A DNA stretch of 61,114 nucleotides, filler included. It is 4 parts of 4 records of this genome, joined end to end, with 100 filler letters (N's around TTAATTAATTAA, not from the genome) between each part and the next. Parts side by side here need not be neighbours in the genome. Positions count along the whole stretch, not along the records: positions 34,894 to 61,114 come from SRR31147125_16857; 3 more parts are not named here. The stretch is one strand, 5' to 3'. The translations under genes were made by a program, and so were the position numbers. Below, in pieces: positions 40,053 through 49,226 of this stretch; the first letter of the stretch is position 1; each line of letters opens with the position of its first letter. The notes below the pieces were generated by a model. It had not been told where the DNA came from. It saw only the letters and a program-made list of their open reading frames with translations, and made no database searches.

Positions 40053-41840
40053 TTATTCTGTTGTTACAGCAGCTACTTCATCCAGGCTCGTGATTCCTTG
40101 TAGTACTCGTGCTCTGGCCGATGCGCGGAGTGTTGACATTCCGTTTTTGATAGCACAATTTCGAATGGCATCTTCGTCCAGCTCATTTGAGGATTTTAAA
40201 ATAAGTTGTTTAATTTCTTTACTAAAAGGCAATACTTCATGAATACCTGCTCGCCCGGCATAACCATTTCTGCATCTTTCACAACCTACAGGTTCAAAGA
40301 ATGTTGTATTTTGGATTTCCTGCTCACTAAATCCGAGAAAACGCGGTATTTTTGCATCCAGGTTATTTATGGGTCTTTTACAGTTCTCACACAATGTCCT
40401 GATGAGGCGTTGGGCCACCACGAGATTGATGGCATATGTTATCAGAAACGGTTCAACACCCATCTTGAAGAGTCGGGATACAACACTGGGAGCATCATTG
40501 GTATGTAAGGTTGAGAATGTCAGGTGACCAGTATTTGCAAGTTTTATGGCGATTTCAGCCGTTTTTGCGTCACGTATCTCTCCGACCATAACAATATCCG
40601 GATCGTGCCTGAGAATAGCTCGCAGTGCCTGGTCGAAGTCCATTTTCAGATTAATCCGGAGTTGTCTGGCGCCCGGTATATTATATTCCACTGGATCTTC
40701 TACTGTAAGAATGTTCAATTCCGGCGTCATGACCTGGTTTAAGGCAGCTACCAGGGTGGTGCTTTTGCCGCTTCCCGTCGGACCGGTAAGAATAACCATA
40801 CCCTGGGGTTTGGTTATCGCTTTTGTGAATTCAGTTTTTGCGTACTCGTCCAGACCTAACTTGTCCAGATCTGTTATGACTTTACGATCATCCAATACCC
40901 TGATGACAACACTTTCATATTTCCGGGTTAAAGCACTGGATACAATTGGAAGTATGGAGACTCGAAAACGGATGAGATAATTATCGACATCCCGTTGAAT
41001 AAAACCGTCCTGAGCTTTTTCCCATTCAAATCGGTCTGTATTTTTTGAACGATCTTTAACGACTGCTAGAAATGCTTCAGGTTCAACACCTTCCTGACGA
41101 TGCCACAGTTGCAAGCGACCATCATTTCTAAAATGAATCTCTGTGCAATTGCCCTCTTTAGGAATAATATGAATATCACTTGCGCCTTTACGAACAGCTT
41201 CGATAAGAGTTGCCTCAAATAAATTGACAAGGATACTTTGATTAATAGCAGCATTTAACTCTTCTTCATCAATACTCTTTTCTTCAGGGCCTTCTTCTAT
41301 TAATGAAACATCTTCACTTGCTTCCTTAAAATTATCCAGATATTCATTTTCTTGTTGCAGGATCTTGTTTATTACTTTTTCGAGTTCTTCTTGTTTCGCA
41401 TAGGCAAGTTCATATTTTTTAATTCCAGCCTGTCGCATCAGGCTATCTATATTCCTGTCCGTTGGATCAGGAGTGATAAACATGAGGATATTTTTATTTT
41501 TTTCACTATATCCAAATGGGATTATTTTCTCTTTAATAAATCCTTGTCTTATTTTTGTTTCAATGGATTGGAAAAAAGTGAGAATAAATTTTATCCAACC
41601 ATCGGACAAGGTAACGCGGCTCATATCGATATCGCGAAACGCGTACATCCTGGAGATGGAACGGTAGATAAGATGACGGTCGTAGCCGATATCCTGAACT
41701 AAAATTTCTCCAAGTGTTTTATTGGATCCGTTTCGAGCGAGAGCTTCGATGGCTTTTTTGAGATCTTCCTTGGTAATAACGTTCTCTCTGAGAAGCATAT
41801 CTCCAATTGCAGCTGGAACATTGTGGTTCATTTGAATCAT
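40053..41840 (-). CDS. pilB: Type IV pilus assembly ATPase PilB (GspE/PulE family)
   Basis: ASDIHI, GPTGSGKSTTL, VEDPVEY, LRHDPDIVMVGEIRD, CENC...CERC zinc site; start placed at ATG 41840 just after the pilC stop. Confidence 0.95.
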   Translation of the reverse strand: MIQMNHNVPAAIGDMLLRENVITKEDLKKAIEALARNGSNKTLGEILVQDIGYDRHLIYRSISRMYAFRDIDMSRVTLSDGWIKFILTFFQSIETKIRQGFIKEKIIPFGYSEKNKNILMFITPDPTDRNIDSLMRQAGIKKYELAYAKQEELEKVINKILQQENEYLDNFKEASEDVSLIEEGPEEKSIDEEELNAAINQSILVNLFEATLIEAVRKGASDIHIIPKEGNCTEIHFRNDGRLQLWHRQEGVEPEAFLAVVKDRSKNTDRFEWEKAQDGFIQRDVDNYLIRFRVSILPIVSSALTRKYESVVIRVLDDRKVITDLDKLGLDEYAKTEFTKAITKPQGMVILTGPTGSGKSTTLVAALNQVMTPELNILTVEDPVEYNIPGARQLRINLKMDFDQALRAILRHDPDIVMVGEIRDAKTAEIAIKLANTGHLTFSTLHTNDAPSVVSRLFKMGVEPFLITYAINLVVAQRLIRTLCENCKRPINNLDAKIPRFLGFSEQEIQNTTFFEPVGCERCRNGYAGRAGIHEVLPFSKEIKQLILKSSNELDEDAIRNCAIKNGMSTLRASARARVLQGITSLDEVAAVTTE

Positions 41841-41842
41841 TT

Positions 41843-43183
41843 TTACATTCCCGGTAATTTCGGCTGTATAACAGCTGTTTCTGCTGACACAATTGTGAGT
41901 AAGGTCATCACGATCATAATAACAAAAGCGACGAGAACCTGAATCCACTCGACAAGTGCTTTCATTTTATAGCTCGTTTCTCTCTCATAATAATTAGCCA
42001 CCTGCAAGGTGACTCCTTTCAACGTTCCGGATTCAGCTCCTGTGCTAAAGCGGGTCAGCGCATTTTCTGTAAAGACATTTGCTTTCGTCAGTGATTGTAC
42101 AAAACCTTTTCCGTCTCGTACCATCATTGGAATCGTTATTAACTTGATTTGTTTTTCAATATATTTATTTCGGCACGCTTCAGCGGCAGTGCGAATAACT
42201 TCAATGTTTTCTCCTGAGCCCGTATAAAGTGAATGGAAAACCCGGCAAAATATTTCTATGGATGTTTTGTGCAAGAGAGATCCGATAATCGGAAGTTTGA
42301 TAGATAGTTTACCGACCAGTTCACGTCCTTTTGGAGTCGTAGCAAAACGAATTAATAAAATCGGAGGAATAATGATGGCCAGAAGGATCAGTAAAATATT
42401 GTTTTGCAAAAAATGACTGAGGTCAAGGCTTGCTTTTGTCATGGGTGGTAATTCGGCACCAAATTCTGCAAACATTTCGGCTGTTTTGGGAAAAATATAT
42501 CCTATATAATAAATAACAGCACCAAACAAGACCAATAAGGTAACCGAAGGAGTTAACATAGCGCTTCGGATACTTTTTCGCATCTCCAGGTTCCGTTCCA
42601 GGAATTTCGCGGTATCGTCATAGACTTCTGCCATGTTACCGCTTTTAGATGCTACTCCAAGCATTTTAGCTGGAAAATTTCCAAGTGAATGGGCCTGTTT
42701 ACTAAAGACTTCTTCGCCGTTTTTCCCTTCCTTAAGGCCTGATCGAAGTTCTTTAATGACCTTTTTCATAGATTTGTTATTAATGTCTGATTCGAGAAGG
42801 GATAAAATTTCGTCAAAAGGGATCTTTTCTCTCAGTAGGTCGGCGGAAAGGCGAATAAACGTGATAACATCCGAATATGGTGGTTTTAAATTTAATTCGA
42901 GTAAAAGTTTTTGAACACGAACCTGATCAAAGCCCATTTTTCGCAGGGCAAGTTCAACCTCTTCTTTTGAATAGGCCTGTTGTTCGCCTTTTATCGTTTC
43001 ACCATTACGGTGTTTCACCTGATAAAGATAGGTGGATTTTTTGTCAATGGATTTGATGGAAAATCCATGTTGTTCTGCTATTAAGGAAATTTTATGTTTG
43101 GCATCTTTTTTATCTTTGCATTCGAGATAACCAACTATACGTTTCCTTTGAGGATTCAGACCATTGTATCGAAACTCTGGCAT
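41843..43183 (-). CDS. pilC: Type IV pilus platform protein PilC (GspF family)
   Basis: Two T2SSF repeats (SKSGNMAEV; GAESGTL), IRSAMLTP, LP.MT, three TM helices. Confidence 0.92.
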   Translation of the reverse strand: MPEFRYNGLNPQRKRIVGYLECKDKKDAKHKISLIAEQHGFSIKSIDKKSTYLYQVKHRNGETIKGEQQAYSKEEVELALRKMGFDQVRVQKLLLELNLKPPYSDVITFIRLSADLLREKIPFDEILSLLESDINNKSMKKVIKELRSGLKEGKNGEEVFSKQAHSLGNFPAKMLGVASKSGNMAEVYDDTAKFLERNLEMRKSIRSAMLTPSVTLLVLFGAVIYYIGYIFPKTAEMFAEFGAELPPMTKASLDLSHFLQNNILLILLAIIIPPILLIRFATTPKGRELVGKLSIKLPIIGSLLHKTSIEIFCRVFHSLYTGSGENIEVIRTAAEACRNKYIEKQIKLITIPMMVRDGKGFVQSLTKANVFTENALTRFSTGAESGTLKGVTLQVANYYERETSYKMKALVEWIQVLVAFVIMIVMTLLTIVSAETAVIQPKLPGM

Positions 43184-43230
43184 TATATCCCTTTCCCTTC
43201 ACCTAACCCGACCCTATTGTTAAATATAGT

Positions 43231-43256
43231 GCAGGCCCAATGTTATTTGGGCCTGC
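43231..43256 (-). terminator. Hairpin/terminator between pilin and pilC
   Basis: GCAGGCCCAA-tgttat-TTGGGCCTGC; a second weaker hairpin lies at 43351-43378. Confidence 0.6.
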
Positions 43257-43433
43257 CCGCCACACGATAAATTGATATCCTCATTCCACTGTCCCCATAA
43301 TCAATAGAGTTTCTATTTATTATGACAGCAGGATGGTTTTTTGAGCTTCAAGCAAATAGCATTATATGTTTATTTGCTTGTTATGTTTTAACCTGTTCTG
43401 TGTTCAGGCATTAAATTTGTATTGTTTTGATTC

Positions 43434-43829
43434 TTAATAATTTAGAATCGATGTAGAGATGGAATCCGCGAACACAGTCACCTGGACCTGAAGGTCTGTC
43501 TCGTCTCCATCACCATCCTGGACGCCATTACCCTGAAGAACGGCATTGGTTGCTCCAGCCGAAACGACTGAATAGGAGCCGTTGGCATTGCTTCTTTTCG
43601 GTGTGAGATTCTGAATAGTCAGGCCGGCAAAACTATTACCACCACCACCAAGTCCTGTTGGCTTTACATAATACTGCTGTGCACGTGAAGCATAGTTTAA
43701 TAAATCATTGGTAACAGATTCAAGATTTGAGGATGCTGCTGACGCTGAGAACATGTTAATACCTACTGTCGTAGCTATTCCAACTATGATAACGCTCAAA
43801 ACGATGAGCAAAAGCTGTTGTTGTCCCAT
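43434..43829 (-). CDS. Putative major pilin with minimal class III-like signal (MG|QQQLLL...)
   Basis: 131 aa; N-terminal hydrophobic helix LLLIVLSVIIVGIATTVGI then a small-residue-rich head; first gene upstream of pilC-pilB; AGGAGA RBS. Confidence 0.75.
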   Translation of the reverse strand: MGQQQLLLIVLSVIIVGIATTVGINMFSASAASSNLESVTNDLLNYASRAQQYYVKPTGLGGGGNSFAGLTIQNLTPKRSNANGSYSVVSAGATNAVLQGNGVQDGDGDETDLQVQVTVFADSISTSILNY

Positions 43830-44068
43830 TTTAGTTCTCCTAAATTTTTAGAGAAATGATTAAATTTTTAAAAACTTTTTATTGTTTACGACTAATACCT
43901 CCCCTGCGATATTCACCTCCTTTCAATTGAAGCCTGACATATGTTGAAGTGCAATTTTGCAAAGAAATGAATTTAAATCTTAATTTTTATTTTATATTTA
44001 GGTTATTGTCTCATCTTGGCATATTCAATGATAGTATATTGTATGGTGACTCGATAGATTTTAATTTT

Positions 44069-44146
44069 TGTCACAAAATGGTGACGGTTTGTCAAAAAAA
44101 GTGAACTCGTGTCCGATTTTTAGACACTGGTGTAAAAAAACAAACA
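44069..44146. promoter_or_regulatory. Array of four phased TGT...(G)ACA-type dyad sites, candidate activator binding sites
   Basis: TGTCACAAAATGGTGACG (44069), TGTCAAAAAAAGTGAAC (44090), TGTCCGATTTTTAGACA (44110), TGTAAAAAAACAAACA (44131); 20-21 bp spacing. Confidence 0.5.
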
Positions 44147-44148
44147 TG

Positions 44149-45255
44149 TTAAGATTTAATTGAGTTCAGCTCTTTTGGTGTGATGTCATGTTTCTTGATC
44201 TTTAAATGTAAATTTTGACGGGGCATGTTAGCCATTTTTGCTGCTTTAGACACATTCCCGTTTGTTTTTTTTAATAGATTTGTGATATATTCTTTTTCAA
44301 ATGAGTCTTTCGCTTCAGAATAGGGTAGAAACGGAGCGCTACCCAGGTAATTCGTGCTTGGGCAATCCATGAATTCTTCTGGCAGTTCTTCAGGCCCTAT
44401 CCAGTCGGATTCAGAAAGTGCCACCAGTCGCTCAATGGAATTTTCAAGTTCTCTTACATTGCCTTTCCAGTTTTGTTTTTTTAATATTTCCATTGTTTCC
44501 GGTTGCAAATAAACACCCAGATGGTTATGTTTTTTTGTATAGGTGTTTAGAAAATATCGAACCAAAAGTGGAATATCTTCGGGGCGCTGGCGAAGAGGTG
44601 ATATTTTAAGAGTAATCACATTCAAACGATAATATAGATCTTCTCTAAAAATGCCATCTGCGACAGCCTTTTTCAGATCTCTATTCGTAGCGGCAATGAT
44701 TCTGGCCGATGTTTTCAAAGTTTCTGTGCCGCCAATCCGTCTGAATTTTCTGTCTTGCAAGACTCTTAATAGCTTGACCTGAAAGGAGTGGGTTGTATCA
44801 CCTATCTCATCCAGAAAAATTGTACCCTTGTCGGCCATTTCAAAATAGCCTTTATTTGTTCGATACGCTCCGGTAAAAGCCCCTTTCTCATGTCCGAAAA
44901 GAGTACTTTCTAACAATGTATCTGGAATTCCACCACAATGGACGGCAAAAAATTTGTTTTCTTTTTGAGGGCTCATTGAATGGATCATTTTGGCCGCCAC
45001 TTCTTTTCCTGTGCCGGTTTCTCCCAGTATCAGAGTATTACAATCCAGTGGTGCTATTTTTCGGATTTGTTTTTTCAGATCAAGCATCGCCTTGCTTTGT
45101 CCGATCAAACGATTGATAGTAGAAGAATTCTGCCCGTTCTCTTCCTGCAAGGAGGATAAAAATTCTTTCTGCTGCGATTCGAAAATTTTTTCGACTGAAG
45201 ATTTTAAACTGTCTAATTCCATAATAGTCTTTTCTTCGCTTTCATTCATATCCAA
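44149..45255 (-). CDS. Sigma54-dependent transcriptional activator (AAA+ + Fis HTH) without receiver domain
   Basis: GETGTGKE, FGHEKGAFTGA, FLDEIGD, FREDLYYRLNV, WKGNVRELEN, GNVSKAAKM; only ~50 aa precede the AAA+ core. Confidence 0.93.
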   Translation of the reverse strand: MDMNESEEKTIMELDSLKSSVEKIFESQQKEFLSSLQEENGQNSSTINRLIGQSKAMLDLKKQIRKIAPLDCNTLILGETGTGKEVAAKMIHSMSPQKENKFFAVHCGGIPDTLLESTLFGHEKGAFTGAYRTNKGYFEMADKGTIFLDEIGDTTHSFQVKLLRVLQDRKFRRIGGTETLKTSARIIAATNRDLKKAVADGIFREDLYYRLNVITLKISPLRQRPEDIPLLVRYFLNTYTKKHNHLGVYLQPETMEILKKQNWKGNVRELENSIERLVALSESDWIGPEELPEEFMDCPSTNYLGSAPFLPYSEAKDSFEKEYITNLLKKTNGNVSKAAKMANMPRQNLHLKIKKHDITPKELNSIKS

Positions 45256-45272
45256 TTTTCACTGGTTTCCTT

Positions 45273-45288
45273 TGCAAAGGGTATGCCC
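45273..45288 (-). promoter_or_regulatory. Candidate sigma54 promoter of the activator gene
   Basis: Minus strand GGGCATACCCTTTGCA = GGCAT-N5-TTGCA. Confidence 0.45.
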
Positions 45289-45432
45289 AAAATGAAAAAT
45301 GAATTAATTAATTTTTTATTTATAAAAGAAGCCGTAAGTACAATATAAATAGCAACAAAAAAAAGAACGTTGGCTGAATCGAAGCGCAGTAAAAAAATGA
45401 GTTTTGTTTAAAGTGATGGGAATGGTTATTTG

Positions 45433-45452
45433 TTGCCACACAAATGTGGCAA
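45433..45452. promoter_or_regulatory. Perfect dyad, candidate transcription-factor site
   Basis: TTGCCACA-caaa-TGTGGCAA in the divergent intergenic region. Confidence 0.45.
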
Positions 45453-45636
45453 TTGATTCGCATTGGGATTGTGTGTGGCATGAAAGACACATTTCTGGAA
45501 ATGTACTAGATCTGATTTTGTATACCATGAGTGAATACAAAACAGATAGGAATGGAATGAGGAAATCCTTTACCCGCACTTGAATTATGTTATTATTGTT
45601 GTTATATTTACATGTAATAAATAAAGGAAAACATCT

Positions 45637-46752
45637 GTGAAAATAATTCATTTCTCTGATACTCATCTGGGTTTTTCAGAGTATAACAAAATTGATCCGG
45701 AAACGGGCCTTAATCAACGTGAGCAGGATTTTTATAATGCATGGGATCAGGTAATCAAGGATATTCTGTTGGTAAAGCCTGATGTTGTGGTTCACGCCGG
45801 GGATCTTTTCCACACTTCAAGACCGAGCAATCGAGCGATACATACAGCATTACAAGGTATTAAAAAAGTCAGTGATGCAGGTATTCCAATGGTTATTGTT
45901 TCCGGTAATCACGAAACACCCCGAATTCGGACAACAGGCTCCATTTTTGAATCCATTGCCTTATTCCCTCATGTGCACCTGGCTTTTTCAAATCAATACG
46001 TTCGCTTTCGCATTCAGGACTGTGATTTTCATTGTATCCCGCATTGTTCATTGACCGAAGAGCTTGATAATGCTTTTGGCATGATTGAAATGAAAAAAGA
46101 TGCAAAGCATAATGTTTTTATAACCCATGGCGCCTGGGCTGGAGGTACATTTTTCGGCATGGGTGAATTTAATGAACAACGTCTTCCGGACATCGATGGA
46201 ATGGTAGACAAGCCATTCGATTATGTCGCTCTTGGTCATTATCATAAATATTTAGAGATTAAAGATCATATATACTATTCGGGATCGACTGAAAGAACAA
46301 GCCTCAATGAAGCGAATAACACATGCGGTTACCTCTTGGTAGATCTTGATAATGGGGAGAAACAATATTGTGATATTACATCCAGACCTATGATTAAATT
46401 ACCATTGCAGGATTGTCGAGGTAAATCCACAGATCAAATATACACTTCCTTGAAGGAGTTGAGTAACCAGGATCTTAATAATGCGATTGTACAGGTTGAT
46501 CTGAAGAACATTGAAGATAATACCTTTGTAAAATTAGATGTAAGAATTGTAGACGAATTGTTTCCACAGGTATTTCATTTGGAAAAACATTTTCAGCGAC
46601 TGGCCAATGATGTGACGGGAAAAAACGTTAGCACACGCATCGATTCCCTGGCTGTCGAATTTGAGCGATATATTGATGGAATTTCGAATAATGAATTCGA
46701 TCAGAAACGACTTTTGGAACTGGGAGTCAATTATTTGACAAGAGAAGATTAA
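45637..46752 (+). CDS. sbcD: SbcD/Mre11 nuclease
   Basis: HFSDTHLG, AGDLFH, SGNHE, THG, YVALGHYH, YSGSTE. Confidence 0.93.
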   Translation: MKIIHFSDTHLGFSEYNKIDPETGLNQREQDFYNAWDQVIKDILLVKPDVVVHAGDLFHTSRPSNRAIHTALQGIKKVSDAGIPMVIVSGNHETPRIRTTGSIFESIALFPHVHLAFSNQYVRFRIQDCDFHCIPHCSLTEELDNAFGMIEMKKDAKHNVFITHGAWAGGTFFGMGEFNEQRLPDIDGMVDKPFDYVALGHYHKYLEIKDHIYYSGSTERTSLNEANNTCGYLLVDLDNGEKQYCDITSRPMIKLPLQDCRGKSTDQIYTSLKELSNQDLNNAIVQVDLKNIEDNTFVKLDVRIVDELFPQVFHLEKHFQRLANDVTGKNVSTRIDSLAVEFERYIDGISNNEFDQKRLLELGVNYLTRED

Positions 46753-46754
46753 TT

Positions 46755-49154
46755 ATGGTTATTAAAAATTTAAAACTGGAAAATTATCGACGATTTACAA
46801 ATTTGGATTTGGAATTTCCTGAAAATGTTATAGGTATTATTGGCAGGAATGGTACCGGAAAAACGTCCATAATCGAGGCAATTGGATGGGCATTATTCGG
46901 GAATCGGATTGCTCGTACCGATAAGCAGGATATACGCTCACAGCACATAGCGGACCAGACGGCCTGTTCAGCAGAACTGGATTTTACGTTAGGTGGTGAT
47001 GACTTTCGCATTATTCGAAAGTTGAAAGGGAAGAACGCTATCAGTGAAGCCGCCGTATATAGAAATGGCAAGTCCGAACCAGAAGCTGTGCAGGATCGTG
47101 GAGTCAACGAATTTGTTGAAAAGCTTATGAATCTTGATTACCGTTCTTTTTTTGCTTCTATATATGCAAAACAGAAAGATTTATCCGCATTGTCTTCAAT
47201 GAGACCGGAGGAACGTCGACAGAGTATAAACCGGCTTATTAATATTGACCAAATAGATCGGGCACGGGAAGATGTAAGAAGGGATCGCAAAGAAAAAAAG
47301 CTATATTATGGGAATGAGGTCCGGATTGAAGGATATGCAGGAGCTTTTAAATCAGCATGAATTTTTAATTAATCAGCAAAAGGTGGAAGTAGGTAAAGTT
47401 AAAGAACTTGCCAGTGTTGTTAAAGAATGTTCAGAGTTATTAGAAATAGCAAAAGAACATTTTGAGGAACAATCAAAACTGCGGGATACTTTTAATGAAT
47501 GGGGAGCGACCATAGGGAGAATTGAAACCCGCCAGAACGAAAACAAAGCCTCTATTCAGAGGGTCGAGGCTGATCTGGACCGAATCCTGGTGGCTGAAAA
47601 GGAACTGGAACATCTTTCCATGGAATTGAAGGATTATGATAACGTATGTCATGAAAAAGACCGACTGGACAAAGAAGCAACGAGAAGGGCTACATTGGAT
47701 GGAATGCTTAAAGAAAAAGGGCATATTGCAGACATTCTATCCCGTGAAAAAGATCGACAAAAGGAGTTCAGGGCCCAGTGCCAGCCCCTGGATGAATTAA
47801 AGTTGGAAAAAGAGGAAAAAAGCAAAGTATAACAAAGTTGGAAAAGCTGATTCAGGAGTGCAGGGAACGTGTAAAAAAATATCATGGAGATCAACAGGTT
47901 GCTCATACAGCTGGAAATGAAATTAAGGAACATTTAAGTCATATTGAGCGGTTAGGGGCTGATGGCCGATGCCCTGTTTGTACGCAAACATTGGGTGACC
48001 ATTATGACAAGGTGTGTGGTGAATTGAATGAAAAACTTGATGCTCGACGCGTTGAGTTTCGTGTGGCCAGGGAAAATGAGAAAAAAGATGAAGCCCAACT
48101 GATTAAATTCGAAAAAGAGTTGAGCGAAATACGTTACACAAATGAACAGCTATTGAAACGTCTCAGTATTGCCCAGGAAGCCGGCAAGAATCTCCTGCGT
48201 GCCGAAGAAGCAACAGCTAATTTTCAATCGCAATTGAATGTTCTGATAAAGAGAATTACGGATTTCGGTCAGGTGCGTTATGATGAAAAAAGTCATCAGG
48301 AAATCAAGGAACAATATAAAAAGCTTTTCGAGTTGAAAAATATATCTATTCAGTTGCAAGAGCGGATTAACCGTCGAAGTAATGTTGAAAAGGATCTGGA
48401 TAGAATTAAACAAGCCCTGACTGTCAGTCAACAGGAAATGGAAGAGGCCAAATTAAAACAACAAAAACTGGGCTTTGAAGAACATAAATACTTGTCTGCA
48501 AAAAAGGATATCGAAGAGAAGAACCAGGCTTTTAACGAGGCAAGGGATGCTATCAGTATTAAAAAACAACAATTGGCACGGCTGGAAAAAGAATTGGAAA
48601 CGGTTGAAAAGGACATAGCTGACCAGGAAAAGAAACAAAAAGAGATTGAAACGGCAGAGCAAGATGTGACATACCTTGATGCTCTGGAAATGCATCTTGG
48701 CTATTTTCGTCTTGAGCTGTCCGGGAGAATTCGCCCGATAATCGCAAAACGCTCGTCAGAACTTTTAGCCTTGACCACGAACTCGCGTTTTTCGATTCTT
48801 GAACTGGATGAAGACTATAATATTCATATTTATGATGGTAACAGGCCATATCCAATAGAACGGTTTTCAGGAGGTGAGCAGGATCTTGCCAATTTATGCC
48901 TCAGGCTTGCTATAAGTCAGGTTGTGGCGGAAAGAAGTGGAGGATCTCCTATAAATTTTGTGGTGTTGGATGAAATATTCGGATCTCAGGATAATGAGCG
49001 TCGGGATTTAATATTAGATGCGTTAAGTCATTTGTCGTCACAATTTCGACAAATTTTTATTATTACACATGTGGAAGCCATTAAAGATGTATTACCAGTC
49101 ATTTTCGATGTATATTCCAGGGATGAACTGGTAAGTGAAGTGAATATAATATGA
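46755..49154 (+). CDS. sbcC: SbcC/Rad50 SMC-family ATPase, split into three ORFs by probable sequencing frameshifts
   Basis: Walker A GRNGTGKTS (ORF1), coiled coil (ORF2), zinc hook CPVC, signature FSGGE, Walker B VVLDE, ITH (ORF3); both breaks lie in A-runs (~47293-47299, ~47816-47821). Confidence 0.9.
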
Positions 49155-49226
49155 CGCTCACCAAATTAAATACCGAGCTATATTTAGAATAAAAGCCATT
49201 GTTTTTGGTAAAAATGATCTCACATA

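Noticed and set aside
41841-41948. 36-aa N-terminal extension of PilB in the ORF track
   Set aside because: It overlaps the pilC 3' end; the ATG at 41840 right after the pilC stop is the more likely start.
44016-44032. TTGGCATATTCAATGAT as the sigma54 promoter of the pilin
   Set aside because: It is on the plus strand, pointing away from the minus-strand pilin, and has GA at -12.
46755-49154. sbcC (and recX, hflX, pilT, ppx) as pseudogenes or programmed frameshifts
   Set aside because: All catalytic motifs are intact and most breaks lie in homopolymers; sequencing error is the simpler explanation.
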